Of a stretch of DNA of 64,000 nucleotides, positions 17,574 through 26,050 are shown piece by piece. The translations under genes and the position numbers were made by a program. Positions within the stretch are counted from its first letter, which is position 1; the number at the start of each line of letters is the position of its first letter. Source of the stretch: SAR324 cluster bacterium (lineage in GTDB: Bacteria; SAR324; XYD2-FULL-50-16); assembly GCA_028282885.1 (NCBI GenBank), contig JANQGX010000006.1, positions 91,956 through 155,955 of the forward strand, given 5' to 3'. The notes under the pieces are model-generated. The model saw only the letters and a list, made by a program, of their open reading frames with translations, had not been told where the DNA came from and did no database searches.

Positions 17574-19055
17574 ATGAATCGAAAAAAGCAGTTAACAGCG
17601 GAAAACAGGGAGTTTTTCACCCTGGTAAGACAAGCTATCACTACCAATCCTTTTAGTGATGAAAGGCTGAAGCTGGATAAAAGGATCGCCGATTTCCCGG
17701 GACAGGGGGCTGGCAGCCACAATATTGACCGAACCATTAGCGCAATAGAGGCCAAAATCAGGGAACTGGAAAAGCCGAGAAAGGATATCGCCACAATCTA
17801 CACCGGAGTCGACCGGAACCTGATCGAGACTGCTATTCTATTCTGGCTCTTTTACCGGTTTCGCAAGAACTTTGATGCCTTCATTCAAAAACAGATTGAA
17901 GCAGGGGAGACCCCAATTAAACTGGACTTTTTCGATGAGATATTTGCGTTTCTCAAACTTCGGGGATTTGAAGATGAAGAGATCCAGCGCACCATCGAAC
18001 ACTCCTACCAGTTCAGACGGGCTTTTCATTTCATTAACAGAAACCTGATCGGAAGAAGCCCGGTGATGAAAACCCTGCGCCATAATTTATGGAACAATAT
18101 TTTCACCCATAACCTTGAGCTTTACAGGCTTTTCCTTTTGAACCGAATGGAGGACTTCTCCACCCTGATTTTGGGGGAGACGGGTACCGGAAAAGGGACA
18201 GTGGCCTCGGCTATCGGCAGATCCGGGTATATTCCTTTTGAAATGAGTAAAAAAAGTTTTGTTGAAAGCTTTATGCAATCATTTCGTTCCATCAATCTTT
18301 CCCAGTTTCCGGAAACACTGATTGAGTCGGAGTTGTTCGGCCATAAAAAGGGAGCCTTTACAGGCGCAATAGAGGATTATATGGGAATCTTCGGACGTTG
18401 CAGTTTCTATGGTGCCATTTTTCTCGATGAGATCGGGGAAACCTCCCATCCCATTCAGATCAAGTTGCTTCAGGTGTTGCAGGACCGTGTGTTTCATCCC
18501 GTTGGCAGCAGACAGCAGGAACGATTCCAGGGCAGGGTTATCACCGCGACCAATCGTCCCTTGCAGGAGCTTCGATATAATAAAGTGTTTCGGGATGATT
18601 TTTACTACCGCATGTGTTCTGATATTATCAGTGTACCTTCCCTGCGGCAGAGAATCAGGGAGGATCCTTCCGAGCTGGATGACCTGCTTGATTTCATTGT
18701 AGCCCGTTTGGTTGGTGACGATGCGGGTGAGCTGATTCAGCTTGTCAAGGATACTATCAGAAAACAACCCGGATCAGGATATCCGTGGTATGGAAATGTC
18801 AGGGAACTGGAGCAGTGTGTACGACGCGTAATTCTGAAAAAGGAGTACGAAGGTGATATCCCTGATTTAAATGAGAGCCTTGAAAAGCAAATCTCTTCGA
18901 GAATGGAATCCGGTGAGATAACAGCCAGTCAACTTATGTCTGGTTATTGTTCAATGCTTTACGATCGCCACGGAACATATGAAGAGGTTTCCAAAATAAC
19001 AGGGTTGGACAGGAGAACGGTAACCAAACACATCAAAGCCTGGTCCGGTTTTTAG
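17574..19055 (+). CDS. sigma-54-dependent transcriptional activator with unrecognised N-terminal domain
   Basis: AAA+ core (Walker A GETGTGKG, the GAFTGA motif, and VRELE) and a C-terminal HTH (VSKITGLDRRTVTKHIK). The first 190 aa or so are helical and are not a receiver, GAF or PAS domain that I can recognise. Confidence 0.85.
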   Translation: MNRKKQLTAENREFFTLVRQAITTNPFSDERLKLDKRIADFPGQGAGSHNIDRTISAIEAKIRELEKPRKDIATIYTGVDRNLIETAILFWLFYRFRKNFDAFIQKQIEAGETPIKLDFFDEIFAFLKLRGFEDEEIQRTIEHSYQFRRAFHFINRNLIGRSPVMKTLRHNLWNNIFTHNLELYRLFLLNRMEDFSTLILGETGTGKGTVASAIGRSGYIPFEMSKKSFVESFMQSFRSINLSQFPETLIESELFGHKKGAFTGAIEDYMGIFGRCSFYGAIFLDEIGETSHPIQIKLLQVLQDRVFHPVGSRQQERFQGRVITATNRPLQELRYNKVFRDDFYYRMCSDIISVPSLRQRIREDPSELDDLLDFIVARLVGDDAGELIQLVKDTIRKQPGSGYPWYGNVRELEQCVRRVILKKEYEGDIPDLNESLEKQISSRMESGEITASQLMSGYCSMLYDRHGTYEEVSKITGLDRRTVTKHIKAWSGF

Positions 19056-19104
19056 CACTGTCAGTACACTGGGAAACCGGACTCTATCGCACTGATGCCG
19101 ATTT

Positions 19105-19302
19105 TCAGCTTTGGCTTTCCTTAACTTTGCAGGTACTGATCCCTAAAAGCGCGTATGGCGGGCACCATCCAATCCCTGCGGTCAATAACGGAACGACACC
19201 AATCACCCCCCACCAGCTTTGATATAACACACCCAGACCTATAATCACCAATCCAAGAATCAAGCGCACAGCCCGGTCCAGTGCCCCAACGTTTTTATTC
19301 AT
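19105..19302 (-). CDS. DUF2892 (YgaP-like) small membrane protein
   Basis: 65 aa: N.G..DR..R...G......L......W..IG..PL.TA..GWCP.Y.L.G..TC. This pattern is typical of the family. Confidence 0.7.
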   Translation of the reverse strand: MNKNVGALDRAVRLILGLVIIGLGVLYQSWWGVIGVVPLLTAGIGWCPPYALLGISTCKVKESQS

Positions 19303-19510
19303 GACGGTCTCCTTATTCAGGTTAACAACGAGATCAATTAGGCCCGGCTTAGAATGATGTATTCGAAGTTTCCAGCCGGACCGTTTACCTATACTTCTAT
19401 TTTATTTCGCAGGTTTGAAGGAAGCAAGAATTAACAACAACGAAGACTCACTGAACCCGAAGTATTGCGACAGACCAGGAAAAGCGGCCCGGAATCCCTG
19501 ATCTGATAAA

Positions 19511-19557
19511 ATTTATCTTGACAATCAAGATAAATGAGCATAAAGTTTGATTATCAA
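19511..19557. promoter_or_regulatory. two palindromic operator candidates overlapping a TTGACA -35 box, upstream of the MarR gene
   Basis: ATTTATCTTGA (19511-19521) and TCAAGATAAAT (19525-19535) form perfect 11-bp arms around CAA. A second, smaller palindrome is TTGAT-T-ATCAA (19547-19557). Confidence 0.55.
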
Positions 19558-19576
19558 GCTAAATTTGGGAGGGATT

Positions 19577-19999
19577 ATGTGTCCGGAAGATTTGCATCGG
19601 TTGAGTGATGCGATAATTCAGTTTTATGAAAAGCTCTTCTCCTGGGAGAGTGCCATTGCCAAAAGTTCGGGGCTTTCTCCACAACAAAATCACACGATTG
19701 AAATTGTTGGGAATGAGGGACCGATTCGAATGAAACCCCTGTCCGATAAACTGGGGGTTACAACAGGAACCCTGACGGTGATGATCGATCGATTGGAAAA
19801 AGCCGGTTACGTGGAGCGACAGAATGATCCGATGGACGGGCGAGCCTACAATGTCGTGTTAACAAACCGTGGAAAAGAGATCCACAAAGAACATCACGCC
19901 TATCATCATAAACTGGCTGAAGATATCTCCAGTGATCTTGATCCATCCGAGGTCAAGGGTTTTATTGTGACATTGGAAAAGGTTAACTGCAAACTATGA
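19577..19999 (+). CDS. MarR-family transcriptional regulator
   Basis: Winged-helix core (LSPQQNHTIEIV...MKPLSDKLGVTTGTLTVMIDRLEKAGYVERQNDPMDGRAYNVVLT). ATG 19577 follows a GGGAGGG Shine-Dalgarno sequence. Confidence 0.8.
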   Translation: MCPEDLHRLSDAIIQFYEKLFSWESAIAKSSGLSPQQNHTIEIVGNEGPIRMKPLSDKLGVTTGTLTVMIDRLEKAGYVERQNDPMDGRAYNVVLTNRGKEIHKEHHAYHHKLAEDISSDLDPSEVKGFIVTLEKVNCKL

Positions 20000-20074
20000 C
20001 TGTTTATAACTGAAATTTAATGTCTTTACAGTATAAGATAGAGTCTTCAAAAATCGAAACAATGGGCGAGTAGA

Positions 20075-21046
20075 ATGAAAACAAATTGCTGTTTAAACCA
20101 GGAGAAGTCCGAAACCCTATCCAATGAGAAGGTTACCCTGGTGGTGGTTATTATTACTCTGATAATGATGATCGCTGAAATTGCCGGAGGAATATTGAGC
20201 GGATCCATGGCACTGCTTTCTGACGGAATTCATATGGGAACTCATGCCATGGCCCTTTTTATCACTTTGGCTGCCTATATTGTTGCCAGACGACACAGTC
20301 GGAACCCCTCATTTTCATTTGGTACTGGCAAAGTCGGAGTACTGGGAGGGTACACCAACGCCATCCTGTTAATCATTGCCGGATTAGTGATGGCATACGA
20401 GTCGGTCGAACGTCTAATCGATCCGGTAAACATACTTTTTAATGAGGCAATTGTCGTAGCCATTATCGGGCTGGTGGTCAACGTCATCTGCGCGTTTATT
20501 CTGGGAAGGGGGAACGGCCATCATCACTCTGATGCTCATGCACATTCACAGGATCACTCTCAATCCCATGATACCCGAGATGGACATCAGCATACGGATC
20601 ACAACTTGCGAGCGGCATATCTACATGTGTTGACCGATGCCTTCACGTCAATTCTAGCAATTCTGGCACTTTTTATGGGAAAATGGCTTAACCAGGTTTG
20701 GGCAGATCCCCTGGTGGGAATTTTGGGAGCGATAGTCGTTATTAAGTGGGCAGTAGGTCTGATCCGTCAAACCGGATCCATTTTGCTGGACCTTGGAGAT
20801 TTTTCCGAGGAGATTGGCCGGATTAAACAAGTCCTGGAAGACGATGCTGCCATTGTCAGGGATATCCACATCTGGCAGATTTCAGAAAATGAACGCTCAT
20901 TGATCATTAGTCTGGAGACTGATAGCACCAGGAGTCCCCGCCAATATCACAGAATGATCTCCGAACTGTCCAGTTTTGATCATATTACTATTGAGGTTCA
21001 ATCTCCCGGGATCAGGAGCGACGAACAACCGGCTCCTGCTGTCTAA
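20075..21046 (+). CDS. cation diffusion facilitator (CzcD/ZitB-like metal exporter)
   Basis: Six-TM layout with the LLSDGIHMGTH and HVLTDAFTS motifs, plus a His-rich loop (GNGHHHSDAHAHSQDHSQSHDTRDGHQHTDHN). Confidence 0.85.
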   Translation: MKTNCCLNQEKSETLSNEKVTLVVVIITLIMMIAEIAGGILSGSMALLSDGIHMGTHAMALFITLAAYIVARRHSRNPSFSFGTGKVGVLGGYTNAILLIIAGLVMAYESVERLIDPVNILFNEAIVVAIIGLVVNVICAFILGRGNGHHHSDAHAHSQDHSQSHDTRDGHQHTDHNLRAAYLHVLTDAFTSILAILALFMGKWLNQVWADPLVGILGAIVVIKWAVGLIRQTGSILLDLGDFSEEIGRIKQVLEDDAAIVRDIHIWQISENERSLIISLETDSTRSPRQYHRMISELSSFDHITIEVQSPGIRSDEQPAPAV

Positions 21047-21148
21047 ACCGTCTGCCAGAATCTTCCGGTGAATTGATTTGACAGGCAGCATCGCCTTGGA
21101 TAGCTTATGGTGTGTCTGTAGTCAGCTAATCCCTTGCCGGAAGATATC

Positions 21149-22255
21149 ATGCCTAATCCAGCCATACATGATTTTGCAGAGATTTGTACCCAGGGACTGA
21201 GAAATGAGCTTGAGGATACTCAGTCTGCAGTTGTCGGATATTTTTGCTCTTACACTCCAATTGAACTGATAGAAGCCGCCGGGCTTAAACCGGTGAGGTT
21301 AATCGCCGGGCCGGGACCTGTGGAGGCAGCGTATTCGCTTGTTCCCGATTTTGTCTGTCCGTTTATGAAACGAAATCTTGAGGAAGCACTCGGGGGAGGC
21401 TATCCGGGACTTAAAGGCATCGTACAGGGTTACACATGTGATGTTGCCTGTGGCTTGGTTAATATCTGGGAAAGCAATATCCCCGGCATTAAGGCACACC
21501 TCCTGCCATTACCCTATTTGGATAATCGGGATTCGAGACGCTATTTCAGGGAAGAACTGAATCGTCTATTCGATCAATTAAAGATGATGGGCGGTCACGC
21601 CCGGGATAACGAGAAACTCAATTCAGCTATTAACAGAACTTATCGTATAGAAAGCCTTCTCAAGGATCTTTATACAATCAATGCTGAGAAACACCTGCTT
21701 TCGGCTTCCGACCTGTATTATATTAAACGGGCTGCTTCCATTAATCGAACGGATCGATATCTGGACCTTCTGGATAAACTGATGGGAGATCTGAATGATC
21801 AGGAGGTATCAGCAAAGAGCGGAACTCCCCTTCTGCTTTCGGGCAGCGTTATTGAGAGCGTGGAAATGTACACTGCCATGGAAGCTTACGGTGCAAATAT
21901 CATTGTTGACGATACCTGCAGCGGGGAGAGAGACCTTAATCCGCTTCCGCTGACAGGCGAAGACCCTTTTAACTGGATTTTAGATCGACATTTTCAAAGA
22001 CAACCCTGTCCCTCAAGAAGTCGAAGTGAAGAAAGATTGCCAATTCTCATGGAAAAAATCGAAGAGAGAGGCGTGCGAGGTGTTGTCTTTCTGATCCAGA
22101 AATTCTGTACTCCTCATCTTTCCGATATTCCGTTTCTGACAGACGCCCTAAAGAAACAGGGAATACCTTCCCTTGTTGTTGAAATCGACGAAGCCTGGAA
22201 TGTCACAGGTCAATGTAAAACAAGGCTGGAGGGCTTTCTGGAGACCATGGATTAA
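21149..22255 (+). CDS. 2-hydroxyacyl-CoA dehydratase / benzoyl-CoA reductase B/C-family protein, subunit 1
   Basis: N-terminal motif VVGYFCSYTPIELIEAAGLKPVRL and conserved Cys residues (FVCPF, YTCDVACG, DDTCSGE, KFCTPH), which are typical of this family. I prefer ATG 21149 to TTG 21134. Confidence 0.7.
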   Translation: MPNPAIHDFAEICTQGLRNELEDTQSAVVGYFCSYTPIELIEAAGLKPVRLIAGPGPVEAAYSLVPDFVCPFMKRNLEEALGGGYPGLKGIVQGYTCDVACGLVNIWESNIPGIKAHLLPLPYLDNRDSRRYFREELNRLFDQLKMMGGHARDNEKLNSAINRTYRIESLLKDLYTINAEKHLLSASDLYYIKRAASINRTDRYLDLLDKLMGDLNDQEVSAKSGTPLLLSGSVIESVEMYTAMEAYGANIIVDDTCSGERDLNPLPLTGEDPFNWILDRHFQRQPCPSRSRSEERLPILMEKIEERGVRGVVFLIQKFCTPHLSDIPFLTDALKKQGIPSLVVEIDEAWNVTGQCKTRLEGFLETMD

Positions 22256-22256
22256 T

Positions 22257-23507
22257 ATGGAACGAACACAAAAGTCTACCAAACGTTTGAATGCTGCGAA
22301 GGAGCTTTCACGGGTTGTGGGAGAATACTATCTGGAGTGTGTCCAGGCCAAGGAAGAGGGTAAGCCGGTGGGATGGATGCCCCCAATGAACGGAGCGATT
22401 GAGATCTTCTATGCCATGGATCTGCAACCGGTTTTTCCAGAAAACTGGTCGCCGGTTTGCGCAGCTTTCGGATTGACCCCGGCTAATTTTGAAGTGTCCG
22501 AATCCATGGGCTATTCCAGGGATCTCTGTGGTTATTTGAGAAATATTATCGGATATGTTCACGGCCCCATGAATCAAAACGATCTCCCGCTGGCGGCCTT
22601 ACCTGAACCGGATTTGATTCTCTCTCCCAATGGTGGCTGTATACCGGTAATGAAAATATTTCATGCGCTGGAAAGACGTTTTCACGAAGCCAAAACGATC
22701 AGGCTGGACCTGCCCCAGGTGGCGGTTGAAAATATCGCTCCCCATCACATTCAATACGCTGTCAGCGAAGTCAAACGATTAATCGGGTTTCTGGAAAAAG
22801 AGACCCGAAGAACAATGGATTACGACAGGCTGCAGGAAGTAGTTTCCCTGTCAGACAGGGCATGCGCCTTATGGGATGAGATCATGACTTATCGGAGCTA
22901 TATCCCTACGCCGTTTTCTGCAGCAGAAATGGGGATAATGTTCGTCATGGTAACCCGACAGGGAACCCAAGTGGCGGTCGATTTCCTGGAATCAGTGCTG
23001 AAAGAGGTCAAGCAACGGGCGGCAGAAGGCACTGGGGTTATCGAAAAGGAGCAGGTCAGGCTTTTCTGGGACAATATTCCACTGTGGTACAACATGGGGA
23101 TCTTCAACTATTTTGAAAAGCACAATGGGGTGGTTGTTGCGGAGACCTATTCCGCAGCCTGGTCGTTGAGGTTGGATACAAATCATCCCCTTGAAGCTTT
23201 GGCATTAAAATCTCTTAAATCCTATCCTTTGGTCTCCTGCGTTTCCATTAATCAACGCAAGGACATGGTCTTCAAAGCTTGCAGGGATTATGCTATCGAT
23301 GGCGTTATTCTGCATAGGAACAAGTCATGCGTTCCTATTACCTTGGGGCAGATGGATATCAAAAAAGAGTTGGACAAAGAATTGGGAATACCGTCGGTAA
23401 TAATCGATGCAGATCATATGGATGAGCGCAACTTCTCACCTGCCCAATTCCAGACCAGGGCAGACGCCTTTCTGGAAATGCTGAGGGAGAAGAAAGCCAT
23501 AAATTGA
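22257..23507 (+). CDS. 2-hydroxyacyl-CoA dehydratase-family protein, subunit 2
   Basis: The ATG lies 1 nt after the upstream stop. The protein looks like a paralogue of subunit 1 (KPVGWMPPMNGAIEIFYAMDL, DLCGYLRN, VILHRNKSCVP). Confidence 0.7.
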   Translation: MERTQKSTKRLNAAKELSRVVGEYYLECVQAKEEGKPVGWMPPMNGAIEIFYAMDLQPVFPENWSPVCAAFGLTPANFEVSESMGYSRDLCGYLRNIIGYVHGPMNQNDLPLAALPEPDLILSPNGGCIPVMKIFHALERRFHEAKTIRLDLPQVAVENIAPHHIQYAVSEVKRLIGFLEKETRRTMDYDRLQEVVSLSDRACALWDEIMTYRSYIPTPFSAAEMGIMFVMVTRQGTQVAVDFLESVLKEVKQRAAEGTGVIEKEQVRLFWDNIPLWYNMGIFNYFEKHNGVVVAETYSAAWSLRLDTNHPLEALALKSLKSYPLVSCVSINQRKDMVFKACRDYAIDGVILHRNKSCVPITLGQMDIKKELDKELGIPSVIIDADHMDERNFSPAQFQTRADAFLEMLREKKAIN

Positions 23508-23857
23508 CTTTATGCTCTACTGCTGCATGCAATTGGCGCTCACTTCCGTTCTTCATGCCGAATTATAAAGTGTATACGCCAGGATCCGCGATTTGCTCGA
23601 TAGTCCGAAACCGTCGTCAGTTCCAATACTTCAAGAAAAGATACCGAATCGACTTATCCTCACGGCATTACGGGAATCCTTCAAAGTCTCCAACAAGATC
23701 AATATGCATCAGGCACCGCCCAACCAATGTAAATCATTATCTGTGGGGTGGGAGGAATTCAATTCAATACTAATGCATAATTTCCGAAAATTGAGGAAAA
23801 AGTTCAAGACAGCTATTTTTAAACAGGATAATATATAAACTTGCCAAATCTATTTTT

Positions 23858-23872
23858 TTAACTCATAGTTAA
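23858..23872. promoter_or_regulatory. perfect palindrome TTAAC-N5-GTTAA overlapping a candidate -10 upstream of the MATE gene
   Basis: The site is TTAACTCATAGTTAA. The candidate promoter is TTGCCA (23841-23846), a 17-nt spacer, then CATAGT (23864-23869). Confidence 0.4.
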
Positions 23873-24008
23873 TTTTTATGAATTTGGCTAATTCCGAAAT
23901 ACGAAAAAAAATGTGGTTGATTTGACGTATCATTGTGAAAAAGCAAAAGCAAAGTGTATATTTGACAAAATATCACAAAATCAAAATCAGTCATATTCCC
24001 TGTTTAAT

Positions 24009-24023
24009 TTAACTCACAGTTAC
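24009..24023. promoter_or_regulatory. second, imperfect copy of the TTAAC-N5-GTTA site, 15 nt before the MATE start codon
   Basis: TTAACTCACAGTTAC, compared with TTAACTCATAGTTAA at 23858. Confidence 0.35.
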
Positions 24024-24037
24024 TAGTTTTAATCAAA

Positions 24038-25471
24038 ATGATATTCAGAAAAATAATAAACCGTTGGGGAATCAAAGGGGGTTACCGTGAGGTGCTGGTT
24101 ATCGCGGTACCTTTGATTTTCAGCACAGGTGCTTTGTCGATTCAGCAGTTTGTCGATCGAATGTTCCTGACCTGGTATTCTCCGGAATCCATTGCAGCGG
24201 CTGTTCCGGCAGGTATTTTGAATTTTACGATCCTGAGTCTTTTTATCGGAACTGCCTCATATGTCGGTACTTTTGTTGCCCAATATTGCGGTTCGGGACA
24301 ATACCACAAAATCGGTGAAATTGTCTGGCAAGGCGTCTTCTTTTCTTTGTGCGTCATTCCTATCATGCTGGCATTTATCCCCTTATCCGGATTGATATTT
24401 GGTTCAATCGGGCATGAACCCGACATCATGGAGTTGGAAATCCGGTATTTTATGATCTTGTGCCTGGGTGGTGTGTTTCCGGTTGTGTCGGCTGCACTTG
24501 GCGGCATGTTTAGCGGCCTGGGTTCAACCTGGATTGTGATGTGGGTAAACCTGACCGGAACATTGATCAATATTGTTTTGGACTACTTTCTTATATTCGG
24601 GAACTTTGGTTTTCCTGAACTAGGTATGTCAGGTGCCGCTATTGCTACAGTCATAGCAGGGATTGCCGCCATGTTGCTCTATTTTGTGGTGATCTTTTCC
24701 AAAAACTATCGAAGGAAATACAATATAGTGGGTGGATTGCGTTTCAGGCGTTTGCTTTTGTACCGCCTGGTCAAGTTTGGGCTGCCCAACGGGGTTCAAT
24801 TCTTCCTGGACATGTTGGGATTTACTATCTTCATTCTCCTGGTAGGGCGGTATGGAAAAATAGAATTAGCAGCCACAAATATAGCTTTTAATATCAACAT
24901 GTTGGCTTTCATGCCGATGATCGGATTTGGAATCGCCACCTCCGTGCTGGTGGGCCAGAATCTTGGGAATGGCAAACCGGAGCAAGCAGAGTTTGCCACC
25001 TGGTCAGCGACCCAGATGACCTTTGTCTATATGATATCCATTTCGATCTGCTACCTGGTGATTCCAAGGTTCTTCCTGATGCCCTTCGGTATCGAAGGTG
25101 ATCCGGAAGTCTATGACCAGATTATAGATTATGGAATCGTATTGCTCCGGTTTATCGCATTTTATTCGCTGTTTGATACCTTCACCATTATCTTCGCTTC
25201 AGCGATAAAAGGAGCAGGAGATACGAGGTTTGTAATGAAGGCGATTGTGATCTATTCCTGGGGTGTTTTGGTGATTCCCACCTATCTGGTTGTGGTGGTG
25301 TTTGAATGGCATCTGTACGTCGCCTGGATCTTTGCGACTGCTTATGTCACCTTGCTGGCGTTTATCTTCCTGTTTCGTTTTTTACAGGGTAAATGGAAAA
25401 CCATGCTGGTGATAGAAAGGCGGGATGAAGAGAATCTATCCGGTATCTCTGGTGTGGCTGTTTCCAACTAG
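24038..25471 (+). CDS. MATE-family efflux transporter
   Basis: 477 aa with a 12-TM appearance. The N-terminus (GYREVLVIAVPLIFSTGALSIQQFVDRMF) and the mid-protein repeat (LVKFGLPNGVQFFLDM) are typical of the NorM/MATE family. Confidence 0.85.
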   Translation: MIFRKIINRWGIKGGYREVLVIAVPLIFSTGALSIQQFVDRMFLTWYSPESIAAAVPAGILNFTILSLFIGTASYVGTFVAQYCGSGQYHKIGEIVWQGVFFSLCVIPIMLAFIPLSGLIFGSIGHEPDIMELEIRYFMILCLGGVFPVVSAALGGMFSGLGSTWIVMWVNLTGTLINIVLDYFLIFGNFGFPELGMSGAAIATVIAGIAAMLLYFVVIFSKNYRRKYNIVGGLRFRRLLLYRLVKFGLPNGVQFFLDMLGFTIFILLVGRYGKIELAATNIAFNINMLAFMPMIGFGIATSVLVGQNLGNGKPEQAEFATWSATQMTFVYMISISICYLVIPRFFLMPFGIEGDPEVYDQIIDYGIVLLRFIAFYSLFDTFTIIFASAIKGAGDTRFVMKAIVIYSWGVLVIPTYLVVVVFEWHLYVAWIFATAYVTLLAFIFLFRFLQGKWKTMLVIERRDEENLSGISGVAVSN

Positions 25472-25474
25472 AAC

Positions 25475-25861
25475 TCAGTTTTTATTGTCCAGCAGCAGAT
25501 AGATCTGCTCAACAAGCAGGTTCATGTCTTCCAGGGGTTTGTAAAAGACATGCTCCTGGGTAATATTCATCTCCTTGAACTCCGGTGGAAGCATATATTC
25601 CACAGAACCGGTGTGAATCAGAAACCGGAGGTCGGGATTGATCTCCCTCGCTTTCACGACAAAAGCATTTCCGTCCATACCGGGTAATCGCATATCAACA
25701 ATAACAACATCAAAGGGCTGTGATAAGATCATTTCCAGTGCGTTTTCCCCACTCTCCGCAACTTCAACCGAAAATCCTTCATCCTCAATAAAATCAGAAA
25801 TATTCCAACGGTACATCTCTTCGTCATCGACAATCAGCACTCTTCTTTCGCTATTTCCCAT
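25475..25861 (-). CDS. stand-alone response-regulator receiver protein (CheY-like)
   Basis: 128 aa with RVLIVDDEE, DVVIVDMRLPGMDG, and a T/K pair in HTGS..YKP. There is no output domain. Confidence 0.85.
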   Translation of the reverse strand: MGNSERRVLIVDDEEMYRWNISDFIEDEGFSVEVAESGENALEMILSQPFDVVIVDMRLPGMDGNAFVVKAREINPDLRFLIHTGSVEYMLPPEFKEMNITQEHVFYKPLEDMNLLVEQIYLLLDNKN

Positions 25862-25882
25862 ATCCGTTTTTTATCAATTCCC

Positions 25883-25989
25883 AATCCGAATAGAAGTCTT
25901 CGGATTCAGACGAGACAAGGTTGTTTTTGTGAAAATCTCCGATTTGATACTCCACGAATCCGAAGTAACTGATTCTATGCGATCCGAAT
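25883..25989. repeat. four copies of the octamer AATCCGAA between pfaD and the receiver gene
   Basis: AATCCGAA at 25883-25890; inverted copy TTCGGATT at 25899-25906, which forms an 8-bp hairpin with the first; AATCCGAA at 25957-25964; ATCCGAAT at 25982-25989. Confidence 0.6.
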
Positions 25990-26050
25990 CTATTCAGTAT
26001 TTCGAAATAATGCTACTGACAACGACAACGAAATTCAAGAAGAGAAATTC

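Noticed and set aside
23504-23838. Overlapping plus-strand ORFs of 89 and 81 aa in the AT-rich spacer after the dehydratase-family genes. I considered them as possible small proteins or precursor peptides.
   Set aside because: They use weak or alternative starts and have no Shine-Dalgarno sequence. They overlap each other in different frames and have no recognisable motif. I treat the region as non-coding promoter or leader DNA.
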